From contig CAYYWQ010000001.1 in the NCBI GenBank assembly GCA_964474825.1, positions 1,189 through 65,188 of the forward strand: a DNA stretch of 64,000 nt. The letters run 5' to 3'. Made by a program: the position numbers and the translations under genes. The number at the start of each line of letters is the position of its first letter. Positions within the stretch are counted from its first letter, which is position 1. This document shows, one piece after another, positions 9,116 to 17,581 of the stretch. The notes under the pieces were generated by a model. The model was given only the letters and a program-made list of their open reading frames with translations, did not search any database and was not told where the DNA came from. The DNA comes from an uncultured Candidatus Saccharibacteria bacterium (lineage in GTDB: Bacteria > Patescibacteriota > Doudnabacteria > UBA920).

Positions 9116-10090
9116 ATGAAAAATATAGTTATTATTGGCGGAGGGACAGGAACATTTACTTTGCTTTCAGGCCTTCGTAAGTTTCCTTCTAACAATTCAG
9201 TAATAGTATCTTCTGCGGATGACGGGGGGAGTACGGGAGAGCTTCGTAAAGATTTAGGCGTGTTTCCTCCCGGGGACATTCGCCAGTGTTTGGTTGGCCT
9301 TTCCTATACAGAAAGCGAAATGAGAGAATTATTTTCTTACCGTTTTGAAGCCGGGTCTTTAAAAGGACATAACGTTGGAAATATTATTCTTGCTGCTTTA
9401 GAAAAAACTACGGGCAGCATTGAAAAGGCTATTGAGCTTGCTGGAAAAATGTTAAATGTTCGCGGCCAGGTTCTGCCTGGGAGTTTAAAGCCAACTGTGC
9501 TTTCTGCGGTTTTGGAAAATGGTAAAGTTCTAACAGGGGAGCATAATATAGATGACAGGACTCCAAGTGGTAAAGCTTCCCCAATCAAAAATTTAAAACT
9601 ATCAGCTGCTACCGCCAATCCTAAAGCCATAAAAGCTTTACTGGAAGCCGATGCTATTGTTTTTGGCCCAGGAGATTTATATACCAGTATTTTGCCCAAT
9701 TTGTTGGTTAAAGGAGTTAAAGAGGCCATACAAAAGTCCAAAGCCCAAAAGGTTTTTGTAACAAATATTATGACGCGGTTTGGGCAGAGCGACGGCTTTA
9801 GAGCAAGTGATTTTGTTTCGGTGTTGGAAAGCTATTTAGGGTGTAAAATTGACGTTGCGGTTATTAACAATAAAAAACCCTCCTCAGTTTGGCTAAAAAA
9901 ATACAAAAGCCAAAAAGCGCAGTTTGTTGAGCCCAATGCCGTAGTGATTGAGAAAATGGGCACTAAAGTTGTTAAAGCGGACCTTCTTTCCAGTAACGTG
10001 TTTCAAAAATCTTCTGCCGATGTTTTGCAAAGAAGTTTTCTTAGACACGACAGTGACAAGTTAGCCAAATTAATTTGGGGATTACTTTAA
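9116..10090 (+). CDS. yvcK: YvcK/GlmR family UDP-GlcNAc-binding protein (CofD-like)
   Basis: IGGGTG, ADDGGSTG, PPGDIR, GPGDLYTSILPNL, LRHD. Confidence 0.93.
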   Translation: MKNIVIIGGGTGTFTLLSGLRKFPSNNSVIVSSADDGGSTGELRKDLGVFPPGDIRQCLVGLSYTESEMRELFSYRFEAGSLKGHNVGNIILAALEKTTGSIEKAIELAGKMLNVRGQVLPGSLKPTVLSAVLENGKVLTGEHNIDDRTPSGKASPIKNLKLSAATANPKAIKALLEADAIVFGPGDLYTSILPNLLVKGVKEAIQKSKAQKVFVTNIMTRFGQSDGFRASDFVSVLESYLGCKIDVAVINNKKPSSVWLKKYKSQKAQFVEPNAVVIEKMGTKVVKADLLSSNVFQKSSADVLQRSFLRHDSDKLAKLIWGLL

Positions 10091-10091
10091 T

Positions 10092-10424
10092 ATGGAATTT
10101 AAAAAGGAAACCGTCAAAGAAGCTTTTGCTGTAAAACTTACAGCCCATGAAGGGGGTAAGGAAGTAGGGCGGGCGTTTTTGTATGTGTTAAAAAATGATT
10201 TGCACAAAGAGCCCTTTGGTTTTTTGGAAGACGTTTATGTAGAAGAGGAATATAGGAAACACGGCATTGGCTCCCAGCTTGTGGAAAAGGCTATAGCAGA
10301 AGCTAAAGAACAAGGCTGCTATAAATTAATTGGTAACAGTAGAATGGCCAAAGAAAATGTCCATGCTTTTTACGAACGCTTAGGCCTAAAAAAACATGGG
10401 TACGAGTTTAGGATGGATATATGA
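10092..10424 (+). CDS. GNAT acetyltransferase, GNA1-like
   Basis: LEDVYV..YRKHGIG motif A, GCYK, FYERLG. Confidence 0.85.
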   Translation: MEFKKETVKEAFAVKLTAHEGGKEVGRAFLYVLKNDLHKEPFGFLEDVYVEEEYRKHGIGSQLVEKAIAEAKEQGCYKLIGNSRMAKENVHAFYERLGLKKHGYEFRMDI

Positions 10425-11164
10425 GGAATCAGATTGTAATCTTGGCCGCGGGTAAAGGAACCAGAATGGGGCAGAGTAATGTGCCTAAGGTTTTGGTAAT
10501 GCTCCAAAACAAGCCTTTAATTTTGTATTTACTGCACCAATTAGACAAAATTACCCAGCTAATTAAGCCAGTGGTGGTTGTTGGCTATATGTCGGAGAAG
10601 GTGGTGGGGGTGCTAGGGGATGACTATAAATTTGCTTACCAGCAAAAGCAGCTCGGTACGGCTCACGCGCTTTTGTGTGCAAAGCCAAAAATTAAAGCTG
10701 ACAACATTTTAGTGCTGTATGGCGATATGCCGTTTATACAAGCAGGCAGTTTAAAAGAATTTATTAAAATGCATTTACATAGCGGCAGCAACATAAGTAT
10801 GATGTCAGCCCAAGCGCCGGATTTTAAAGGCAAGTTCTCCTCTCTGGAACATTACGGCCGTGTACTGCGTGATGCCTTTCATAATATTATTGGAATTGTT
10901 GAACACAAAGACGCCTCTCTGGTCCAGCGGAAAATAAAAGAAGTTAACCCGGCTATATATATGTTCAACACCAAGTGGCTGTGGCAGCACTTAAAAAAAG
11001 TTGGCAATAAAAATTCGCAAAAAGAATATTATTTAACCGATATTGTGCAAATAGCTATTGAGCACGGAGAAAAAGTTGGCTCGCTGTTAATAAGTCCACA
11101 AGAGGCTATTGGGATAAATAGTAAAGAAGACTTGGTTATAGCAGAGAAATTACTGCAAGATTAG
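10421..11164 (+). CDS. GlmU-type uridyltransferase domain only (no acetyltransferase domain)
   Basis: ILAAGKGTRM, QLGTAHA, LYGDMP, YGRV, NSQKEYYLTD; ends at 247 aa without hexapeptide repeats. Confidence 0.9.
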   Translation: MRNQIVILAAGKGTRMGQSNVPKVLVMLQNKPLILYLLHQLDKITQLIKPVVVVGYMSEKVVGVLGDDYKFAYQQKQLGTAHALLCAKPKIKADNILVLYGDMPFIQAGSLKEFIKMHLHSGSNISMMSAQAPDFKGKFSSLEHYGRVLRDAFHNIIGIVEHKDASLVQRKIKEVNPAIYMFNTKWLWQHLKKVGNKNSQKEYYLTDIVQIAIEHGEKVGSLLISPQEAIGINSKEDLVIAEKLLQD

Positions 11165-11263
11165 AGTGCTGTGTTTGCCCTACGTAGTCCCTTTAGGCAC
11201 GAAGTAGGGGATATCATACGAATTTCCCCCTTAAATAAAAGGGGGATTTTTAGTGTATTTGGG

Positions 11264-11303
11264 TTGACCTGAAATAGTATGATAATGTATGATAATATCA
11301 TAT
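11264..11303 (+). promoter_or_regulatory. promoter overlapped by GTATGAT repeats
   Basis: TTGACC at 11264; GTATGAT at 11277 and 11287, ATCATAT at 11297. Confidence 0.55.
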
Positions 11304-11316
11304 AGAGCCTTAAAAA

Positions 11317-11445
11317 GGGTAGGTGTGGGGACCTAAAACAAAAACTTTTAGGCCCCGCCATCTGCCTTTTCCAGCTTAATGTTTGGCGGTAAGTTATAGA
11401 ACCAAGAGACTTGGTTTTGTAATCTGCCGCCAACCACGTTGTTGG
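11317..11445 (+). other. structured 5' leader (two long hairpins)
   Basis: GGTAGGTG...CATCTGCC hairpin (11317-11366) and a long stem centred on AACCAAG-AGA-CTTGGTT (11371-11445). Confidence 0.55.
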
Positions 11446-11517
11446 TATCGCCGGCAGAACCCCAATTTGTAGGAGGGGTGGATGCATAAGGTCAAATTTT
11501 TATAAGGGAGAAAGTAG

Positions 11518-12729
11518 TTGGACATACGCCTCAGTTCCACTCTTGGTCAGTTGCAACCGTTGGTCTATCCTCGCTTGGAGAAGGCCAGACTCAACGCCAA
11601 GGCAAAGTTCGGTTCGACCGGAGTCATTAAGTTGACTATCGGAAGTCCCGATCGCCCTGCGCCTGAGAAGATCCGGCAGAAGCTTTCTGCTTCAGCCCAA
11701 GACGCAGAGAAGTATCATTATTCTCTGCCGGCATTCGGTTCACCGGAGCTGCTTAGAGGGGCTTCGGACTATCTGTTTCGCATGGACGAAACACGGCTCA
11801 ATCCCAAAACCCAGATTGTCGGTTTGCCGGGAAGCCGTTACGCAATTGCCGCTGCCATTCGCACGATGATCGATCCAGGGGATTCGGTTTTGGTCCCTGG
11901 GTTCGGCTATCCCGCTTATCGCAACGGTGTTTTGTTGGCTCACGGTCAGGTTGTATACTACTCTGTGAAGCCCACTCTCGACCAATTCGAGCAGATTTAC
12001 AACGCGTATTACAGCGTTGAGCCTGCTCCGCGTGTCCTTGCCGTTTGCTCTCCAGGTAACCCCGCTGGACAGATCAATGAAGAAGACTTCTTCCGGAAGA
12101 TCGTTGCGTTTGCCAAAGAGAACGATCTGTTGATTATTTCGGACGAGGCATATCGGCGGACCTGCTTTGATGGCTTACGGGCACCGGGGTTGATGGAATT
12201 CGACGGAGAAGAGGTTGGAATTTCGACCTGGACTCTGTCCAAGACCATTGATATTCCTGGTCCTCGCGTTGCTTTCGTTCACGGCAACCAGACCATCTGC
12301 GCCGGCCTGAAGAAGATGCATAGCATGTTATTTTATGGAATCTTCCAGGCTATTGAGGATGCTGCAGTAGTAGGACTGGCCGCCGAATTCGACGAGTTTC
12401 CAACGGAAACAGCAGCTATCTATCAGCGACGGCGGGACTTGGTGTGCAACATCTTCGACGCCGCCGGGTTGAATTACATCCGGCCACAAGGCGGAATGTT
12501 TGTTGCTCTGGAAATCCCTAACCGGGGAGATCGGAGCAGTATTGATGTTGCCGCTGAGGTGCTCGAAGCCACCGGCGTTGAGGTGGTTGCAGGAGAAATG
12601 TTCGGACCCGACGGCGAGGACTATCTCCGCATCGCTCTGGTGCAGTCTGATGAGATTATGGAGGATGGTTGCCTGAAGCTCGCAGCTCATTTTCCGGAGA
12701 GCGTCAGAACTCGCGCACGTTTGACCTGA
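11518..12729 (+). CDS. PLP-dependent class I/II aminotransferase (DapL/AlaC-like)
   Basis: TTG start after AAGGGAG; LTIGSPD, PGNPAG, SDEAY, TLSKT (PLP lysine), PQGGMF. Confidence 0.88.
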   Translation: MDIRLSSTLGQLQPLVYPRLEKARLNAKAKFGSTGVIKLTIGSPDRPAPEKIRQKLSASAQDAEKYHYSLPAFGSPELLRGASDYLFRMDETRLNPKTQIVGLPGSRYAIAAAIRTMIDPGDSVLVPGFGYPAYRNGVLLAHGQVVYYSVKPTLDQFEQIYNAYYSVEPAPRVLAVCSPGNPAGQINEEDFFRKIVAFAKENDLLIISDEAYRRTCFDGLRAPGLMEFDGEEVGISTWTLSKTIDIPGPRVAFVHGNQTICAGLKKMHSMLFYGIFQAIEDAAVVGLAAEFDEFPTETAAIYQRRRDLVCNIFDAAGLNYIRPQGGMFVALEIPNRGDRSSIDVAAEVLEATGVEVVAGEMFGPDGEDYLRIALVQSDEIMEDGCLKLAAHFPESVRTRARLT

Positions 12730-12811
12730 TACTCTGGGCGGCGGTTGGTGGATTTTAGCTAGATCCTTCCATACCTCCGCCCTTTGCCCTTTTCTGGAAA
12801 GTTTTTAAAAA

Positions 12812-12918
12812 GTATGATATCATCATACAGGACATATTAGCATCTTATCATTTTAACATTTTATCATTCTGGTTTCGCAGTTTGATAAAATGATAGTATG
12901 ATAGCATGTTAAAATGAT
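12812..12918. promoter_or_regulatory. putative operator region of the RHH fusion gene
   Basis: palindrome GTATGAT-ATC-ATCATAC (12812-12828), inverted repeat ATCATTTTAACAT/ATGTTAAAATGAT, further GTATGAT at 12896. Confidence 0.55.
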
Positions 12919-12923
12919 TTTTT

Positions 12924-13766
12924 ATGAATCGTGAACGTTTAACAATTACACTTCGGTCCGACTTGCTTAAGTCGCTGGACTCTTTAATAGACGGCGAGAG
13001 ACTTAGGAACCGCAGCCATGCTATTGAGTATTTTTTGTCGCGCTCTATGGGGGCCAAGAGCGTGAAGGTTTTAATTTTAGCCGGCGGTAAGCCTGTGTAT
13101 TTTGAAAGTGAAAAAAAGAGTTTGCCAAAGACTATGGTTAAAATTGCGGGCAAGCCTTTGCTGGAACAGACTTTGCATAGGCTAAAGGCTTCTAAGTTTA
13201 CAGACATTACTATTTCCATAGGAGAAGGTGGCGAAAGTATAAAAAATTATTTTGGCGACGGCAGCAACATGGGTATAAAAATTAGCTACTTGGAGCAAAA
13301 ATCCCAGAGCGCGGGCAATGCCCAGCCTTTGCTTCAGGCGAAAGAGCATCTTGGCGGCAGCGACTTTCTGATGCTTTATGGTGATGTGCTTTCCGACATA
13401 GATTACAACGATTTTGTAGAATTTCATCGTAGCCAAAAATCTTCAGTCTGCACCATGGCTCTAACCAGCACTGAGTCCGTAGACATGTGGGGCTTGGCGA
13501 GGCTTCAGGGCAATAGAGTAGTGGAGTTTGAAGAAAAGCCCAAAAACCCTAAAACGTTTTCGCGTTTAATTAACGCAGGTATTTACATGATGGAAGCGGA
13601 AATTTTTAAATACATTAGCGGGCAAACAGGAAAATTGGAAGGCCAGGTCTTTCCACGTTTGGCAGAGGAAGGAAAACTGAGCGGATATCCTTTTGAAGGT
13701 TTGTGGCTGGACATTAACAGTAGTGCAGCTTACCGACAAGCGGTTAAGCAAGTTAAAAGTTTATAA
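12924..13766 (+). CDS. ribbon-helix-helix domain fused to degenerate sugar-phosphate nucleotidyltransferase domain
   Basis: RLTITLRSDLLKSLD...NRSHAIE (CopG/NikR-like) followed by ILAGG, LPK, YGDV, FEEKP, INAGIY, WLDI. Confidence 0.85.
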   Translation: MNRERLTITLRSDLLKSLDSLIDGERLRNRSHAIEYFLSRSMGAKSVKVLILAGGKPVYFESEKKSLPKTMVKIAGKPLLEQTLHRLKASKFTDITISIGEGGESIKNYFGDGSNMGIKISYLEQKSQSAGNAQPLLQAKEHLGGSDFLMLYGDVLSDIDYNDFVEFHRSQKSSVCTMALTSTESVDMWGLARLQGNRVVEFEEKPKNPKTFSRLINAGIYMMEAEIFKYISGQTGKLEGQVFPRLAEEGKLSGYPFEGLWLDINSSAAYRQAVKQVKSL

Positions 13767-13792
13767 AGTTTATAAAGTTAAAAAGGAGAAAC

Positions 13793-14818
13793 ATGGCTAA
13801 AACAACATCTGGCAAAACAAAAATAGCATTAAATGGACTCGGTCGGATTGGCAGAGTTTTTTTACGCATTGCTTATAACAATCCAAATTTTGAAATAGTG
13901 GCCGCGCATAGCAGAAGCCCTTTAGAAATGTACGCGCATCTTTTAAAATACGACACCACCTACGGCACTTGGGACAAGGAAGTTAGGGCAGAGGGCAGTA
14001 ATTTAATAATCGATGGTGTCCGAATTCCTTATGTCCAGGACGAAGGCGGAAAATTGCCTTGGAAAAAATTGGGGGTAGATTTACTGCTAGACGCTACAGG
14101 TAATGCCACCAAAAGGGACAAAGCTTCCCAGCACTTAAAAGACGGGGCAAAATTTGTTGTTGTAACTGCGCCAATGGACGACGCGGACGAAACTTTTGTG
14201 TTTGCGGCCAACCACACAAAGTTTAACCCGGCTAAGCATAAAATTATTTCTGCCGCTTCCTGCACAACGGTTTGCAGCGCTTTAACTATAAAAGTTTTAG
14301 AAGAAAATTTTGGCGTAAAGCAAGGGTTTATAAATACCGTGCACGCGGTTACCAGCGACCAAAGCCTGCTGGACGGCTCCCATAAAGATTTACGTCGCGC
14401 CCGTTCCGCAATGGAGTCCATTATTCCTACTACCACTGGGGTTAGTAAAACTATTATCAAGCTGTACCCGCACCTTAAGGGAAAAATTTCTGCATTGTCC
14501 CTACGTGTTCCTGTGCAAAACCCTTCTATTGTTGTTTTAACCGCGGAACTAAAAAAACCAACCACTTTGGCCGGTTTGAATAAAGCTTTTACAGAAGCCT
14601 CTCAGGGCGAGTTAAAGAGTCATTTAGCTGTTTCTAATTTGCCTTTAGTGTCTACAGATTTCCGCGGCAACCCTAACGGTGCAATAATAGATTTGTTAAG
14701 TAATGAATTAGTAGACGGAAAACTGGCAAACGTTTTAGCCTGGTATGACAATGAGTGGGGATATGTAACGCAGATGTCAAAACTTGTAGAGTATGTTAGC
14801 CAGAGAATTAGAGACTAG
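13793..14818 (+). CDS. gap: type I glyceraldehyde-3-phosphate dehydrogenase
   Basis: NGLGRIGR, ASCTT, DLRRAR, IIPTTTG, WYDNEWGY. Confidence 0.93.
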   Translation: MAKTTSGKTKIALNGLGRIGRVFLRIAYNNPNFEIVAAHSRSPLEMYAHLLKYDTTYGTWDKEVRAEGSNLIIDGVRIPYVQDEGGKLPWKKLGVDLLLDATGNATKRDKASQHLKDGAKFVVVTAPMDDADETFVFAANHTKFNPAKHKIISAASCTTVCSALTIKVLEENFGVKQGFINTVHAVTSDQSLLDGSHKDLRRARSAMESIIPTTTGVSKTIIKLYPHLKGKISALSLRVPVQNPSIVVLTAELKKPTTLAGLNKAFTEASQGELKSHLAVSNLPLVSTDFRGNPNGAIIDLLSNELVDGKLANVLAWYDNEWGYVTQMSKLVEYVSQRIRD

Positions 14819-14830
14819 AAAAAAGCTCGC

Positions 14831-15613
14831 CTAATGGGCGAGCTTTTTTAATACCTTAAGTAATTGCGAATGAATTTTTCCGTTGCTGGCTACTACTGAG
14901 CGTGTAGTTAGGGTTACTGGTTTGCCTTGCCAATCTGTGGCTTTGCCACCAGCTTCAGTTGTTATGAGTATAGCCGCGCCGTAGTCCCAGACATTAATGT
15001 CGTAACTTATTTGAAAATCATAATTGCCGCCGCCTACTAAACCAATTTGCCAGGCAGAACTGGCTAAAATCCTTAGCTTTCTGCAAACGTCTGCCATAAG
15101 CGTAAAAAGTTTTAGGCCATCCTCTACTTTTAGCCAGCCCACGCCGCCTAGCGCGTGAAGGAGTCTGTTTTCTTTGGAAACTGTAACTGGTTTGGAGTTA
15201 AGTTTTGCGCCTTGGCCTCTGGCTGCGCTAAACATTTGGTTGAGCACGGGGTTGTATAACACGGCGGCCAAAGGGCCCTGGTTGTCCCAAAGGGCAATGG
15301 AAATGCAGCAAAAGGGAATGCCTTGAATGTAATTTGTAGTCCCGTCTATTGGGTCTAGTATCCAAACCAGGTCGTTTTTACCAACCTCGTCTTTAGAAAA
15401 TTCTTCGCCAATAATTTTGTGCGTGGGAAATTTTTTATGCAGAGTTTTTCTAATTTGAGTTTCAATTTTTTTGTCGACCTCGGTTACTAAATCCCGAAAG
15501 TCGTTGTTCTTCATTTGAATATCTGCAGCTTTACCAAAGAATTTTTTAAAAACAGGACCGGCCTTTTTTGCCGAGAGTATAGCGGTTTTTAGGTAAATTT
15601 CAGAATTATTCAT
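14831..15613 (-). CDS. inositol monophosphatase family protein (SuhB-like)
   Basis: DLVTEVD, IIGEE, WILDPIDGTTNY, WDYGAA. Confidence 0.92.
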   Translation of the reverse strand: MNNSEIYLKTAILSAKKAGPVFKKFFGKAADIQMKNNDFRDLVTEVDKKIETQIRKTLHKKFPTHKIIGEEFSKDEVGKNDLVWILDPIDGTTNYIQGIPFCCISIALWDNQGPLAAVLYNPVLNQMFSAARGQGAKLNSKPVTVSKENRLLHALGGVGWLKVEDGLKLFTLMADVCRKLRILASSAWQIGLVGGGNYDFQISYDINVWDYGAAILITTEAGGKATDWQGKPVTLTTRSVVASNGKIHSQLLKVLKKLAH

Positions 15614-15654
15614 ATCTCTTATTATATATTAAATGATGGTATAATACCATAGTT

Positions 15655-16920
15655 ATGAGAATAATTGCGGATCTTCAAATACATTCAAAATATTCTAGGG
15701 CCTGCAGTCAAGACTTAAATCCTTACACTATTGGTGCGTGGGCTGACAAGAAAGGTATTGCTGTTGTTGGTACCGGAGACTTTACTCATCCGCGATGGCT
15801 TTTGGAACTTAAAGAAGCTTTGGAAGAAGTTAAACCGGGGCTTTATAGGCTGAAAGATAAATCCGCCGCCGCTTATTTTATGCTCACTGCCGAGGTGTCG
15901 AGCATTTACAAACAAGGGGACAAAGTGCGAAGGATTCATAATATGATTTTTGCTCCTAACTTTTCAGCAGTAGACAAAATCATTATGAGTTTAGAAAAGA
16001 GAGGGGCAAACTTAAAGGCAGACGGCAGGCCAATAATGGGTGTGCATTGTGACGATTTGGTAAAAATAGCCAAGGAGGCCAACTCAAACATAGAAATAAT
16101 TCCAGCTCATGCGTGGACGCCGCATTTTGGAGTGTTTGGCAGTTTGTCGGGTTTTAACAGTATAGAAGAAGCATTTGGTGACCAGGCTAAATATATTAAA
16201 GCTATTGAAACTGGCTTATCATCCGATCCCAAAATGAACTGGCAAATTAGCGGGCTAGATAAATATTCTTTAACTTCCAATTCCGACGCACATAGTTTGC
16301 GTAAGTTAGGGAGAGAGGCGAATGTTTTTGAAATTGCGGAAGACAAGCTATCTTATGCAGAAATTATTAGTACTTTGTATAGTAAAGACCCAACCAGGTT
16401 TTTATACACCTTGGAGTTTTTTCCGGAGGAGGGAAAGTACCACTTAGATGGCCATCGTGATTGTAAATTTTCCTGCCTGCCCGCACAGACAAAAAAACTA
16501 AAAGGCATTTGCCCGGTTTGCGGTAAAAAATTATTAGTAGGAGTTTTAAATAGAGTAGAAGAATTGGCAGACAGGAAATATGGCTTTACGCCGCAAAGAG
16601 CAGTGCCATTTAAGAGCGTAATTCCTTTGGAAGAAATTATTGCAGAAACTTTAGACGTGGGAACGGGGAGTAAAAAAGTTGTGGCCCAATATGAAGCCAT
16701 GGTTGCTAAAAAACCAGAATTTGAAATTTTGTTAGATTTAAGTGAAGACCAGATTATTCAAATATCATCAGCCGACATCGCAACAAGCGTAATACGAGTG
16801 AGAAACGGTCAGGTTAAGGTAGAAGCCGGGTATGACGGCTTGTTTGGTAAAATCCACATATTCGGAGAAGGCGAGAGGGAAAAAATCTTAAAAAAGCCAA
16901 AACAAATGGGATTATTTTGA
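15655..16920 (+). CDS. PHP-domain endonuclease Q family protein
   Basis: DLQIHSKYSRA, GTGDFTHP, PAHAWTP, SNSDAHS, GKYHLDGHRDC..CPVCG. Confidence 0.85.
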   Translation: MRIIADLQIHSKYSRACSQDLNPYTIGAWADKKGIAVVGTGDFTHPRWLLELKEALEEVKPGLYRLKDKSAAAYFMLTAEVSSIYKQGDKVRRIHNMIFAPNFSAVDKIIMSLEKRGANLKADGRPIMGVHCDDLVKIAKEANSNIEIIPAHAWTPHFGVFGSLSGFNSIEEAFGDQAKYIKAIETGLSSDPKMNWQISGLDKYSLTSNSDAHSLRKLGREANVFEIAEDKLSYAEIISTLYSKDPTRFLYTLEFFPEEGKYHLDGHRDCKFSCLPAQTKKLKGICPVCGKKLLVGVLNRVEELADRKYGFTPQRAVPFKSVIPLEEIIAETLDVGTGSKKVVAQYEAMVAKKPEFEILLDLSEDQIIQISSADIATSVIRVRNGQVKVEAGYDGLFGKIHIFGEGEREKILKKPKQMGLF

Positions 16921-16942
16921 GTTTTTTGGTATAATGAATTAA

Positions 16943-17581
16943 ATGGAAAATTTACTTACTACTATTTACTTGGTTCGTCATGGCGAAACTAAAGCCAATT
17001 TTGAGAAGGTTATTGCCGGGCATTTTGACAGCCCTTTAACTGAGAAAGGTAAACAGCAGGCAAGGGAACGCGGAAAACTCCTTCAAGCAGTTAAGTTTGA
17101 CGCGGTTTTTTCTTCCGATCTAATACGTGCCAGGGAAACGGCGGAGTTAATTTCCGTTGACAGGAAGCTTGCCGTAAATACCACAAGGTTAATCCGGGAA
17201 AGATATTTTGGCCACTGGGAAGGGCAAAAAGAAGAATTATTCCGAGAGGAAAATAAACAGTTATTTGAATTCAAGAAAAACTTATCGGAACAGCAAAAGA
17301 GGGATTTTAAATACAGTTACGCTTACGAAAGCGATAATGACATTGCTAGCAGGATGTTACTCTTTTTAAGAGAAATCGCAGTAACTTTCTTGGGTAAAAC
17401 TGTATTGATTGTGGCGCACGGCTCAATCATGAGGGGATTGTTAATGCATTTGGGGTTTGCTGTCAGCGATGAATTGCCGGCGGGGGCAATAGAAAATACG
17501 GGTTATGTAGTTTTGGAGTCCGATGGAGTAGACTTTTTTATTAAAGAAACGAAGGGTATAAATAAACGAACACATGAATAA
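16943..17581 (+). CDS. histidine phosphatase family protein (GpmB-like)
   Basis: LVRHGET, SSDLIRARETA, IVAHG. Confidence 0.88.
   Translation: MENLLTTIYLVRHGETKANFEKVIAGHFDSPLTEKGKQQARERGKLLQAVKFDAVFSSDLIRARETAELISVDRKLAVNTTRLIRERYFGHWEGQKEELFREENKQLFEFKKNLSEQQKRDFKYSYAYESDNDIASRMLLFLREIAVTFLGKTVLIVAHGSIMRGLLMHLGFAVSDELPAGAIENTGYVVLESDGVDFFIKETKGINKRTHE

Noticed and set aside
11305-11517. Lysine riboswitch before the DapL-like aminotransferase
   Set aside because: AGAGGUGC-type signature and five-way junction not found
13755-13782. Short AAAGTTTAT tandem repeat before gap
   Set aside because: Only about three AT-rich units; not distinguishable from slippage
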